A stretch of DNA of 63,659 nt, the filler included, from Octopus bimaculoides (lineage: Eukaryota): assembly GCF_001194135.2 (NCBI RefSeq). It is 8 parts of 7 records of this genome, joined end to end, with 100 filler letters (N's around TTAATTAATTAA, not from the genome) between each part and the next. Parts side by side here need not be neighbours in the genome. Positions count along the whole stretch, not along the records: positions 1 to 3,700 come from NC_069003.1; positions 3,801 to 6,002 come from NW_026298348.1; positions 6,103 to 21,791 come from NC_068981.1; 5 more parts are not named here. One strand, written 5' to 3'. The position numbers and the translations under genes were made by a program. The number at the start of each line of letters is the position of its first letter. Positions within the stretch are counted from its first letter, which is position 1. Of the stretch, positions 1 through 12,689 are shown piece by piece. The notes beneath the pieces are model-generated. The model was not told where the DNA came from. It was given only the letters and a program-made list of their open reading frames with translations, and ran no database searches.

Positions 1-102
1 TATATATACAGTGAGAGAGAGAGAGGGGAGGAAGGGCGAGGACAGAGATAGATAGGTGTGGATTGATGGACAGACATACATAAACATATATATAAGTATG
101 TA

Positions 103-146
<44 letters not shown>

Positions 147-1339
147 TATATATATAGCGTTCTTGTTCCACTTTTGGGGTTTATATATATATAATACACA
201 CATCCACATATACATACACACATATGCACATAGATACACACACACACACGTACGCACACATACATATATATACCTATGTCTATGTACATGCATATATATA
301 TGAATTTCTGTTGATTCGCTAAAACAGATAAATTGCATAACTTTGTACGTAAATATAGAATATTCTTCAGTACATTGAAACTGAAAGACTCTAAACTCCC
401 TGAGAGTAATGTACCCATTCTTTCAGCTGGTTACTCCAATCTGTTACTCCAATCCTGTCCTTTTTCCTGATTTATTGCATGCTTGAATATATTTTGAAAT
501 ATTGTAGGAAACCAGTCGAGAAAGCGCTTATCTACCCCAACACTTTCTTTTAATGTATGCTGATCCATATGTTTTGTGGTAATAACAACTATACTTCGAT
601 GAAAGAACGTTGGTTTCGGAGCATTTTGAAAGAAATAGTTTCTTTAATTAAAACGAGAACATTTACCTAACCCTCAGAACGCGGAAAGCGATATATCCGT
701 TCAGCATTTTGTTACCTTTCACTGTGAAAAGCGGAGACAGCAAAATTGAAAATTTTTAGGGAAGAAAATTTTTCAGAATTTCTTTTATATATATATATTT
801 ATATATNNNNNNNNNNNNNNNNNNNNNNNNNNNNNNNNNNNNNNNNNNNNNNNNNNNNNNNNNNNNNNNNNNNNNNNNNNNNNNNNNNNNNNNNNNNNNN
901 NNNNNNNNNNNNNNNNNNNNNNNNNNNNNNNNNNNNNNNNNNNNNNNNNNNNNNNNNNNNNNNNNNNNNNNNNNNNNNNNNNNNNNNNNNNNNNNNNNNN
1001 NNNNNNNNNNNNNNNNNNNNNNNNNNNNNNNNNNNNNNNNNNNNNNNNNNNNNNNNNNNNNNNNNNNNNNNNNNNNNNNNNNNNNNNNNNNNNNNNNNNN
1101 NNNNNNNNAACGCACTTTTAGTGATGGATATGGAGAACCATATCTACAGGAGAAACTGAAAAAGTATTGCAGAAGCGGAAAATTTCAATTGTACATTTTA
1201 GTGGATAACTAACATGATTACGAGAATGACCAGGAATTTTAATTGCGAAGTCAAACGGTTAAATAAATCGGAAGTTCACAAAAAGAGTTCTTCGAGTGAC
1301 TTCCCTTAAATGAGGTAAAAATTCCGAATGCAGTGAAAA

Positions 1340-1387
<48 letters not shown>

Positions 1388-1409
<22 letters not shown>

Positions 1410-1580
1410 CAAATTTTGGAACAAGGAAAGTGGGTGAGGGTTTACATTGACCCCCTGGTATTTATTTTATCGACCCCGAAACGATGAAAGGCGAAGTCGA
1501 CCTCGGGCAATTTGAACACAGAAGTTAAAGACGGACTAAATGTTTTTATGCATATTTCCCCGGTGTGCTTAGGATTCTGA
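1388..1580 (-). mobile_element. Decayed SINE, family A (tRNA-like head plus Meta/MESC-like central domain)
   Basis: Reverse complement of the central motif GTCGACTTTGCCTTTCATCCTTTCGGGGTCGATAAAATAAGTACCAG seen in many other copies in this window. Confidence 0.75.
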
Positions 1581-2099
1581 TATCTCACTGCCCTAATGTT
1601 TCTAAATATTAAATAATTCGAGAAAAATAAAGAAGTGGCTCGGATTAGCAGCTGAAAGAACCGAAACGAAAAATCCAGAGTTTGGTCAGTTTACAAACTT
1701 TCACTTGGGAACAACATACTTGTGCAAGTACAGTCAGTTGAAAACTCCACGTGCTGGACGCCAAGGGGATTCATGGGTCACCACTAATGATTATGCTCCA
1801 TTTTGAGGCCTTCTTCTCAAGGGCTTCAGAGAGAACCGCTCCCAACCCTCTCTAATGTAGTGTGCATACTTTCTAGATCGACTGATTAGGACTCGATCTT
1901 AAATCAATTTCGTGATCATCAGCACCCTTCAGACTAGAATTATGCACATCTGACTTGCGATAGAGGTAAACAGGTACCTATCTCACACATATATCACCCC
2001 TGCAGCCAGATTTCACCTTTCCTCTTGTATTAAATGTATAAAAGAATGCTGTATACTTACTGAGTGTATAATTTATCGCGTATGCATACACATGCGCAC

Positions 2100-2137
2100 G
2101 CGCGCAAATAGATAGGTAGATAGAGAGATAGATAGAC

Positions 2138-2182
<45 letters not shown>

Positions 2183-2186
2183 CAGA
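2100..2186. repeat. (GATA)n microsatellite
   Basis: Direct reading of tandem GATA units. Confidence 0.95.
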
Positions 2187-2189
2187 TAT

Positions 2190-2345
2190 CGCTGAGTCAT
2201 AGAAAGTTTGCTTCCTAACCACACGTTTCTGGGTTCAGTCCCACTGCTTGGTGCCTTGGACAAGTGCCTTTTATTATAGACACGGGTTGACCAAGCCTTG
2301 TGCGTGGATTTGGTAGAGGGAAACTGAAAGAAGTCCCTCAAATAT
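2190..2345 (+). mobile_element. Partial SINE, family B (tRNA head plus CORE-like domain)
   Basis: GGGTTCAGTCCCACTG B-box region, CCTTGGACAAGTG CORE-like motif, GGATTTGGTAGAGGGAAACTGAAAGAAG body shared with 15512-15920. Confidence 0.8.
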
Positions 2346-2361
2346 ATACATACATGCATAC

Positions 2362-2403
<42 letters not shown>

Positions 2404-2980
2404 AAAGGATGTGTCATAATACTATTTCACTGCCATACTAACAATCCAATAACACTAATCCACATATACAAAAACAGTCATGCCAACAATTCAACATACC
2501 TCTTTCATCAGATGCCCCACGGATATCATTCTGGTTTCCACACCTGGGCTGTACGATTCAATCCAGTGGTGTCAACAGTACTAGAATAAGTTTTGTTTGG
2601 GAACAAACAAACCAAAGAAACCACAACTTTTAAACACATTTACCCAGTGTACAACCGTATCAATAAGTAAACTACAACCAACTCCGAAATACGTAACTAA
2701 ACAGCGACAACTCGATTAAGTCATAAAAAAATTATAATTCCTACCGTTTTCCTTAGTGTCATACAAAAGTAAAGCTTAATAACCACATTATTTCAGTCAA
2801 TCAATACATAGGCAGGATTAAGCACTAACCTTACTAAAACTACAACAAGAGACATTTAAACCAATGTACATCGTATCGGTATTAATAATAAACTGCAATA
2901 ACTAAATTATATGCTAAATTGCGATCCATCTTTAAGTCCATATCAATAATAATCCCAGCAGTCTTCCATAGATACTAATA

Positions 2981-3206
2981 CTCTTTTACTCTTTTACTTG
3001 TTTCAGTCTTTTGACTGTGGCCATGCTGGAGCACCGCCTTTTAGTCGAGCAAATCGACCCCAGGACTTATTCTTTAGAAGCCTAGTACTTATTCTATCGA
3101 TCTCTTTTGCCGAACCGCAATGTTACGGGGACATAAACACACCAGCATCGGTTGTCAAGCGATGTTGGGGGGACAAACACACACATACAAACATACACAC
3201 ACACAT

Positions 3207-3247
<41 letters not shown>

Positions 3248-3413
3248 TACGACGGGCTTCTTTCAGTTTCTGTCTACCAAATCCACTCACAAGGCTTTGG
3301 TCGGCCCGAGGCTATAGTAGAAGACACTTGTCCAAGATGCCGCGCAGTGGGACTGAACCCGGGACCATGTGGTTGGTAAGCTAGCTACTTACCACACAGC
3401 CACTCATACGCCT
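2981..3413 (-). mobile_element. Full-length SINE, family B (CORE-type, resembling Octopus OR SINEs), followed by a second 3' tail copy at about 3425-3630
   Basis: On minus: tRNA-like head (GGCTGTGTGGTAAG...GGTTCAGTCCC), CORE-like domain, internal CA/TA microsatellite, 3' module ending in (GTAAAAGA)n. Confidence 0.9.
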
Positions 3414-3800
3414 GTATATATATCTTTTATCTTTTATCTTTACTTAAGTCATTAGACTGTGGCCATGCTGAGGCACATCCTTGAAGAAACGTTTGTCAAA
3501 TGAATCGATCCCAGTACTTTCTTTTAAAGCGTGGTGCGTATTCTATTGTCCTGTTATGCCGAATCGCTAGGTTATGTTGACGTAAACACACCAAGACCTG
3601 TTACCAAGTTGTGATGGGGACAAACACACACACACACAGACATGCACACACACATACATGCACACACACATACATGGAGATATATATATATATATATTTA
3701 NNNNNNNNNNNNNNNNNNNNNNNNNNNNNNNNNNNNNNNNNNNNTTAATTAATTAANNNNNNNNNNNNNNNNNNNNNNNNNNNNNNNNNNNNNNNNNNNN

Positions 3801-3996
3801 TGCAAATTTGTGGACTCCGACTTTGTGCACTCTGTATTTATGTGTGATCCCCGACTTTCTGGCCGCTGTTGAAATGTTTGGACCCCGACTTTGTTCACAA
3901 TGCATATTTGTGTGATTCCCGAGTTTCTGGTCACTGTGCGAATGTTTGGACCCCGTCTTTGTGCACACCGTGTAAATGTTTTTACGCCGACTTTGT
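3801..3996. repeat. Degenerate minisatellite, about 33-34 bp period around a CCCGACTTT core
   Basis: About six recurrences of CCGACTTT-like cores at regular spacing. Confidence 0.7.
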
Positions 3997-4079
3997 AGAT
4001 AAGAAAAAGATAGGATGTTCATAGCTGGAATGCCTTTCATCATAGATCTACTCAATCAGAACTAAACTAGCAACCACAT

Positions 4080-4300
4080 CTACTTCATACCTAACATAAA
4101 AGTCTTTCGCAAACATTGATTTCGAGGAAATTCTTCAGCAGATACATGACAACTTAGTCTTTTAGAACAGTCATCTGTATATCTTGTGAAGCCATGGAGC
4201 TGTCTTTGGAAAGTTCCTCTCCAATAAGCAAACCTAGACAAGATTTCTTTTATGAAAGACCAGTAGTTGATCATGGATATAACTTGCTCCTCTCCCAGCC
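4080..4300 (-). pseudogene. Possible Penelope-type reverse transcriptase remnant
   Basis: Translation ...FIKEILS...GFTRYTDDC resembles the RY(V/I)DD motif-C context; surrounding sequence is disrupted. Confidence 0.25.
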
Positions 4301-5018
4301 ACTCTCATTGTCCAATAGAAAAAAAGCAGACTGGATAAAATGCTTAGTGGCGTTTTATCCATCTTTATGCTCTGAATTCAAATGCTGCTGAGGCTGACTT
4401 TGTCTTTCGTCATTTTGGGATCCATAAGAACAGATGAAATGAGCATTGCGGGTTGATGTAATCAGTTAGCCTCTCCCAAAATTACTTGCCTTGTGCCATA
4501 ATTTGAAACCATTATCATTGTCATCATCATCATCATCATCATCAAGGCAGCAAACTGATGGAATTGTTAGCAAGCTGAACAAAATGTCTCATGACATTAC
4601 ATCCATCTTTACAATCTCAGTTAAAATTCTGACAAAACAAACTTTGCTTTTCATCTTTTTTGGGGTTGAAATAAGTAGTAAATTACTAGAGTTGATGAAA
4701 TCAACTGGCCCCCTTCCCCCGGAATTTCAGGCCTTGTGTCTAAAGCAGAAAGGATTATCATCTTCACCACCTCCAGATTCTGAGTTAAAATCCTGTGGTA
4801 GTCAATTTTACAATTCATTCTTTCATGGTTGAACAAATGAAGTACCAGTTAAATGCTGGGGTAGACTAAGCTTCATTTTTCAGCAAATTTGTGGCCTTCT
4901 GCCTTTCTTGAGAAGCAATCATAGGTTTTCTAGAAGACGGCTAACCTGAAGGTAAGCAGCAGATTTTGATCATTGATCTTATCTCAGAAGCATCACACTT
5001 AAACCTCAAGGACTCATC

Positions 5019-5432
5019 CTACTGACTTCTTCCAATTAATATTTTACCTCTTCCAATTAATATTTTACCTCTTCCAATTAATATTTTACCTCTTCCAATT
5101 AATATTTTACCTCTTCCAATTAATATTTTAGCTGTTCCAATTAATATTTTACCTCTTCCAATTAATATTTTACCTCTTCCAATTAATATTTTAGCTGTTC
5201 CAATTAATATTTTAGNNNNNNNNNNNNNNNNNNNNNNNNNNNNNNNNNNNNNNNNNNNNNNNNNNNNNNNNNNNNNNNTTCCAATTAATATTTTACCTCT
5301 TCCAATTAATATTTTACCTCTTCCAATTAATATTTTAGCTGTTCCAATTAATATTTTACCTCTTCCAATTAATATTTTACCTCTTCCAATTAATATTTTA
5401 GCTGTTCCAATTAATATTTTAGCTTTATTCAA
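5019..5432. repeat. 21-bp minisatellite (TTCCAATTAATATTTTACCTC, variant ...TTAGCTG), interrupted by a gap
   Basis: Exact tandem units; minus frame reads (GRGKILI/GTAKILI)n. Confidence 0.95.
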
Positions 5433-5710
5433 CTTTCTGAAATTCTGTTCAATGACAAAAACAATATTTTCGCATCGTAAACATCTCTGTTACAGATCAG
5501 GTTTTTAAAAATTTTTTTATATATGAAAAAAAATGAACTAAAAGAGCTACCATTAGCATGTATTTGAACAACATAAATACTAATTTATCAAATACCATAC
5601 TACAAAAATTCTTAACTTCTTAAAATTATCTCTACCCCGAGAGGATGTGTCATAAGCTGTATGAAAGAAAGGAAGAAAAAGAAGAAAAACAACAACATGA
5701 CTGCTCAAAA

Positions 5711-5808
5711 TCAAGATCTTTGACGAGACACCACTTTGTGTAGGAATGTACCAGATGTGACCCAGACTGCAAGATTGATGCAACATAGTATGATGCACAG
5801 CATCCCAC
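5711..5808 (-). CDS. Candidate terminal coding exon with hydrophobic C-terminus (GMLCIILCCINLAVWVTSGTFLHKVVSRQRS*)
   Basis: Acceptor TCCTTTACAG| at 5809-5810, phase-1 entry, 31 open codons to TGA at 5711-5713; no homology recognised. Confidence 0.25.
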
Positions 5809-8214
5809 CTGTAAAGGACAGTTGCAGGATGGGCCGAAATTATCGTCATACAAAATAAAGACTTATTCCAGTTCCATCTTCTTTACGTAATTATGCACTG
5901 AAATTGCTTTGAATTTGGCACGAGACTCTCAAAGCGTAATAGATTGCAATTTGGCAAGATGGATTTTTCATTTTAGATATGACAATACCTGCTTAGGAGA
6001 ATNNNNNNNNNNNNNNNNNNNNNNNNNNNNNNNNNNNNNNNNNNNNTTAATTAATTAANNNNNNNNNNNNNNNNNNNNNNNNNNNNNNNNNNNNNNNNNN
6101 NNAGAAATATGCTTATATGTAACGTATGTATATATATAGAGATATAGAGATATATATATACGCAAATATATATTCACATTGAGCATAAAAAGTACACAAT
6201 ACTGAGAAGAGAATATATAATTTCTTAACTCCACAGCTGTTTCAGGAATTTCAGAGTTACGTAGTAATCGTAATGTTCATGATTAGCAGATGGAACGTGA
6301 CAAAGGTTTTGAGTATGCAACCAGTAAGCAGTCATTTTGAGATATTACCGTAAGTTCGGCTACTTTTACCGGGAGTAAGTTGGCAACTTTCTCTTGATGA
6401 AGGGAACCAGAGGTATACGTGCATACATATTTACACACATGCATGCATACATACATACGTACATACATATGCATTTTGTTCTGAAGGGTAAAATGCATTC
6501 TAGTATTTAGTTAAAATACTGCCGATTTACTGGCTTTGTTCATTGATTTGAAATTATTCTTATAATATTTATTTGCTTCGTACCCCGAAACATGTCATCT
6601 TCAATATCCGTTGATAAATTTCATCTCTTATCTCTTCAGTAAGTTTTATATAAAAACATATTCAATGGATTTTCACGACCGGAACTGTTAAGTCCTTTCA
6701 TAGTGAGTTGTTGACACGTAATAATATCTTAAGAAGAAATAATATGTATTTCTATTGTTAAAAAATATATAAACAAAATGTTTGAAGAATTAATTTTACA
6801 TAGAATTACAAGAATTAATTGTTTGAAGAATTAATTTTACATAGAATTACAATAATATGAATTCAAACAATGCTTACTTTTCTGGATAATGCCGGGTAAC
6901 TATTAAATTATATATGTATATGTGTGTGCATATGTTCGTGTGTGTGTATAACTATTAAATTATATATGTATATGTGTACGTGTGTATGTGTGTGTGTATA
7001 ATTATTAAATTATATATGTATAAGTGTGTGTATGTATATATACATACATGCACAAATATATATATATTTGTGCATGTATGTATTTGTATGAACGCACATA
7101 CATATGTAAACATGAGTTTAGTATATTAAACGAGTATGTGTACACATGTATGTAATATGTATTTATTCATTCGTATAAGCTTATATTTGAATGCATTGTG
7201 CCTTTTTCTCCTCGTTAGCTTTTCCATCAGTATGTATGTTTCTATGCGTTTGAGTGTGTCTATATGTGTGTGTGTTTGTGCGTGCCTCATACGCGTATGA
7301 ATTCATACATGCCGTTGTGTACAAGGAGAGTATGTTTGTGAATGTGTGACATATATACTGCAATATTTCAAACTACCGGTTACACAATGTATGCATTGTG
7401 CCTAACGGCATTCTTGGAAGTGTTCAGCTTGATAGAAAAGCTTGTATAAGTTTGTATTTCTGCCAATATCAACTAGAATTTCTCTTTGGTAACAGATAAA
7501 ACATAAATTATTTCTCATTGAAACATATTGACAAATGCCATGCGGATATTTCTATGCTTTTATTTTAAAGTTCAAGCTTCCTGTTCCATCAATTGCATAA
7601 TATTTACGCCATTCAAAACCATTCTTCTCAATATAATTATATTTCTAAATAGTTTTATACAAGCGTTGGCATTGTGTAAATATGAGTCCCTGTTGCGACG
7701 TGTCTGCGTACATGGGTTCAGTTCTCACTGTCACCCTTTAGCTTTAGAGTGTATGTTTGTTGTTTTTTTCCCCGCTTGCTGTTGTTGTTAAAGACAGGGG
7801 ACAAATACCCGTAGAATGTTACTTCAATGGAAACATAAAGGTTATATTTCACTCAAACATTCAAGAACGAATCCTAAAATTAGTTTTCTTATTTGATGGC
7901 TAAATCTCCAATCACTGACGTTTCTACAATTGCCTCAAAAGCATGTATCCTCACCACGTCACCTCTATTACTGAAACAGTTCCTGCTCCTCTGTATTAGT
8001 AAGATATATTCCAGCATCTCTTCACTCTTACCTGTTATCATTTTGTTATCCATAGCAGCACCAATGATATAGCAGATTTTTTTTTTACTCGAGGATTTAG
8101 ATTCATGAGGCCAGTTACTCGGATTTTCATGGCGTGTAAGTGACCGACATCACAACTTTCCACCTGGAATAGGACGCCGCTTCATTTTGCGGTTCAAGGC
8201 CATCAATCTTAATA

Positions 8215-8396
8215 GGGGGAGGCAAAATCGATTACAACAGTCCTAGTACTTGAGTAGTAATTTATTTTATCGACACCAAAGAGATGAATGACAAAGATAA
8301 CTCCGGAGACATTTGAACTCAAAATGTAAATCGCCGGATGAAATGGCGTTAAGCATTTAGTTCGACATGCTAACTATTCTGCCAGCTCGCCACCTT
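8215..8396 (-). mobile_element. SINE family A, decayed
   Basis: Head GGCGAGCTGGCAGAAT and central domain recognisable on minus. Confidence 0.8.
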
Positions 8397-8739
8397 GTAA
8401 CAGATACAGAAGACTGTAACAACCGTTGCCGTATTTTTGAAAATATAAGTTGAATCTTGTAGAGATCTTATTGTAAATTGCTTCATTCCCTAACGGATGT
8501 TTGTTTATTTTAAAGATCCTAAAGGTTGAATGGGAAGTGAAAGTTTTATTTGATTTTTGAATCTATTATCCAAGAACTTTTAACAGAAATTGTCTGTTGA
8601 AACCTTCCTTATTGGTTTAGATTTTTCAGATTCTGAAAATCTAAGTCGGAATGTGAAGGAAATTTCTGGAATAATAAAAATAAAAAAGAAAGTGAAGAAC
8701 CGGTAATTGTACTTATAGATTTTGATATTACACGACTAA

Positions 8740-8955
8740 AAGGCATCGAGCTAGCAGAATCGTTACCGCGCTGGACAAAATGCTTAGCAGCATTTCGTCC
8801 GTCTTACGTTCTGAGTTCAAATCCGCCGAGGTTGACTTTGCCATTCATCCTTTTGGGTTTGATAAAGTAAGTACCAGTTCAGCACTGAGGTTGATGTAAT
8901 CGATCTACCACCTCCCCAGAAGCGGCTGATCTTGTGCCAAAATTTGAAATCAATA
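8740..8955 (+). mobile_element. SINE family A, near full length
   Basis: GAGCTAGCAGAATCGTTA head, GAGTTCAAATCC B-box, central domain, CTTGTGCCAAAATTTGAAA tail. Confidence 0.9.
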
Positions 8956-9890
8956 TTACTCATCTAAATTATAACAATGTTTGTTTCAACAAAAGATTCG
9001 GATAATAATTCTTGGTAAACAAATTCAAAAACTGAATGACTAAGCTCTATCAGTAGTAATTTGTATTTCTGTACATTTTGAGTTAAAATACCGCCGAGTC
9101 GGTTTCCCATTCAACACCTCAGGATCGATTAAAGGAACATCAATTATAAAATGGAACAAAATAAAGTTACGTACAAGTCTGCTGATTCTTGGTTATAGCT
9201 ATTTTTATGTCAGGTAAATCTCCATCGCTCTTGTGAAACTCATTAATTTCTTGACTTTCTATTTAAATTCCTATAAATCTTAAACTTTGATCTTGTTGCA
9301 GAAAATAAATTTTAAGAGGTTTTGCAAGCTTTTGTAGAAAAATTATTCAATTTATTACATAAAATTTCGCGAGCCAATATGATAGAAATTACTAAAGAAA
9401 ACAATGTGTCAGTTGATGTAAACAGTAGGAGGTTGGATTAGATATTTTCCATTGTGTAGTTTGAATTTCAAGTTTAGGTTCAAACATCGCTGAATTGACG
9501 TTAACGCTTTATCTACTATGATCAGTAAATTCTGTATGATACTTCGAGTAGGCTATATGGATTGTATGTTTCCTTACAGATCTGATCTCGTTTTTTTTTT
9601 TAAATACCTCTTACCAAAGTGTATATTCATAAGAGCAAATCCGAAGATTTCCAGTGTCTGTTAACAGTAAATAGTTACCAAGAGACTCACTCAGTATTAA
9701 TCTTCCGAAGTGTTGAATGTTCATGTTCTGGTTTAGGCGCATCCATCTTAGAAAGCAGAAGCATGCCAAAATAGTCTCTGTACAAAGAAATTGCGGGGAA
9801 ATATTAACAGACAGACTATACGTTCAAACGCAAGTGGACATGTGCAGCAGGGCTTCAAACGGACTGAAAACTGCTGAGAGAATGAGAGAC

Positions 9891-10155
9891 ACCGGTTTCC
9901 CAGTTTCTATGGCGTATGTTCCCCCCCCCCCCAGCTGGACGGGACGCCAGTCCATCGCAACGTAACTTAAGAAACAGGAAGAGAGAGTGAGAGAAAGTTG
10001 GGGCGAAAAAGTACAACAGGGGTCACCACCACCCCCTGCCGGAGCCTCATAGAGCTTTAGGTGTTTTCGCTCAGTAAACACACAACGCCCAGTCTAGGAA
10101 TCGAAACTGCGATCCACCGACCGCGAGTCCGCTGCCTTAACCACTGGGCCATTAA
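9891..10155 (-). mobile_element. SINE family C head/body with a V-domain-like 3' module
   Basis: tRNA-like head TGGCCCAGTGGTTAAGGCAGCGG...GTTTCGATTCC; 3' part TGCGATGGACTGGCGTCCCGTCCAG resembles the V-SINE conserved domain. Confidence 0.8.
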
Positions 10156-10544
10156 NNNNNNNNNNNNNNNNNNNNNNNNNNNNNNNNNNNNNNNNNNNNN
10201 NNNNNNNNNNNNNNNNNNNNNNNNNNNNNNNNNNNNNNNNNNNNNNNNNNNNNNNNNNNNNNNNNNNNNNNNNNNNNNNNNNNNNNNNNNNNNNNNNNNN
10301 NNNNNNNNNNNNNNNNNNNNNNNNNNNNNNNNNNNNNNNNNNNNNNNNNNNNNNNNNNNNNNNNNNNNNNNNNNNNNNNNNNNNNNNNNNNNNNNNNNNN
10401 NNNNNNNNNNNNNNNNNNNNNNNNNNNNNNNNNNNNNNNNNNNNNNNNNNNNNNNNNNNNNNNNNNNNNNNNNNNNNNNNNNNNNNNNNNNNNNNNNNNN
10501 NNNNNNNNNNNNNNNNNNNNNNNNNNNNNNNNNNNNNNNNNNNN

Positions 10545-10586
<42 letters not shown>

Positions 10587-11730
10587 ACGACAGAAATATC
10601 AATTTGTATCAGCCTCAAGTTACATGCATATCGTAGCGGTAGAGAGATCAAATTGTTTGTCAGTTAAAGAAAGATTTTAAAGTCAGATATTTTACGTAAT
10701 ATTGTTATTCAGTGATTGCGACAAGTTACTATTGTAAATTGCAGCATGTGCAAATTTGATTAGCGAAATAATTACTGATAAAGTGGGGGAAATATCTGTT
10801 GAGAGAATTGCTTGCCATATCACTTGCTCGCTATTATTTACATTTTATTTTCTTTTTATATGTGTTGATATAATTTTTTGTTAGGTTTTCATTTAAACAC
10901 ACAAATATGTGCATGCATATGCGATTCATATTCCACACATATACTCACAAATATGTTGTACACTCACATATACTATTTCCTCGCTGATTGTGTCACAATG
11001 GTAGTGAAGATAACAAACATACACACCCACATACTACACATATGCATACACATTCTATATAATTAAAAGTGAAAGCAGGTGGATTTATGCATAATCTTTG
11101 TTTAATTACCATTTTTTAAATAACAATTATCTGCTTCAGTATTCTTCCCATAATTATCATCTACATGAACTGGAGTTAATAATAGTAGTCAAATAATAAC
11201 AATTTCTAGCATTTGCATTCTACAATATATGTGAAGGAAGGGAGGTTGTGAATTTAATCTAATCACACTATATTATTATCATTATCATCATCATTTTCAG
11301 TATAATTATTAGTTTTATTGTTCTTGTTCTTGTTATTATCATCATCATCATCATCATTATCTCCTTTCCACTTTGATGAGTAAGCACCACCAAGATATGA
11401 ACTTTAAATCTTCGTTTCCTATGCAAACCTTTCTAACAACTTATGGTTATTTCCACATTCTTGTCTTTAAAAAAAGTTTCTGAGATGACTATTAGTTCTG
11501 ATGTCTCCCAGAGTATCCGAATCCAGAGTATTTGAGTATCTGAGTATTCCTGTATCCGAGTTCAGAGGGCGCTCAAGCCTCCCTATCCGAACTTTGGACA
11601 GAGGATCTCACCAGTCTGTGAAGCAGATAGTTTTCTCTTACCCGAGACAAACGGTTTTGCTTTACTTTCCATTGTAGTTTTCTTTATGACAAATGTTTAT
11701 TTTTTACGCAGCATGACTGCTAACATTAAT

Positions 11731-11850
11731 TCAAAGGGTGCACGTGTCCGTGGAGCGCTCAACTACTTGCAAGTTAATCTCACGAACAGGCTGTTCCGTT
11801 GATCGTATCAGCTGGGACCCTCGTCGCCGTAACCTATGGAGTGCTCCCAT
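11731..11850 (+). mobile_element. Isolated 3' tail module of SINE family C/D
   Basis: Matches the GTGGAGTGCTCAGCCACTTGCACGTTAAT...CAGGCTGTTCCGTTGATC tail of 30663-31050 and 41396-41724. Confidence 0.8.
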
Positions 11851-12308
11851 AATAACACACGCACACACATACACATATATATTAATGCGTCTGTGTTTGT
11901 ATATGTATATGCTTGTGCGTTTTTGTTCCTGTATTAGTCTCCCTACCCATCGCTTGACAACCAATGTTAGTTTGTTTACGTACCACAACTTAGTGATCCT
12001 GTAAATAAGTCCAATAGAATAAGAACCAACATTAAAAATAGTACTGAAGTCTTGTTGTGTGAAACCGGTATATCAAAGGACGGATCCAACGTTTCTTCCA
12101 TGTGTCGTATAAAGCAACTAAAAGTGATTGAGGTAGGATTTGCACTTCGAGTCCGTAAAACCCTCACCAGCAACAACTGCACAAACAGGTCCATGGGTTT
12201 GAGGGTTGTTACCTGAGTTGTGCAAAAAGTGCCATCTGCCAGGAGTAGGAATGACCAACAAATGGTGGATTCAAAAACGCAGTTACAGCGCAGGCCCTCG
12301 TACTACTA

Positions 12309-12343
<35 letters not shown>

Positions 12344-12689
12344 ATTACTGCTACTACTAAGGGTAATTTGGTCGACTAAACCCTTGAAGGTGGTGACCCA
12401 GAATGGCTGTAGTGCAATGAGTGAAACAAGCAAAAGATAAAAGATACTGAATTACAGCATACGTCATCCAAGTGAAGAATGTGCACGTTTTGCACGTTTG
12501 AATTGAATTGCTATGACAGATCATCCAATCGTGTTGATTTTTACCATAGTGCAGATGTTCAGTACTTGCTGTGAGCGTTATAGGTTCTTCTCTTCAATTC
12601 GTCTTCTCGACTCTTCCATTCTCGCATAAGCACTTCAGCAAAGAGCTGCTATAAGTCTGAGCTAAGTATAATGTAACTACAACGTATGC

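Noticed and set aside
2500-2580. 81-nt minus segment with strong donor GAG|GTATGT
   Set aside because: Stops in all three frames from the better acceptor; the inner acceptors lack a pyrimidine tract.
6228-6300. GAAACAGCUGU half of a hammerhead on minus, as in 47511-47559
   Set aside because: No CUGANGA box or stem II partner remains.
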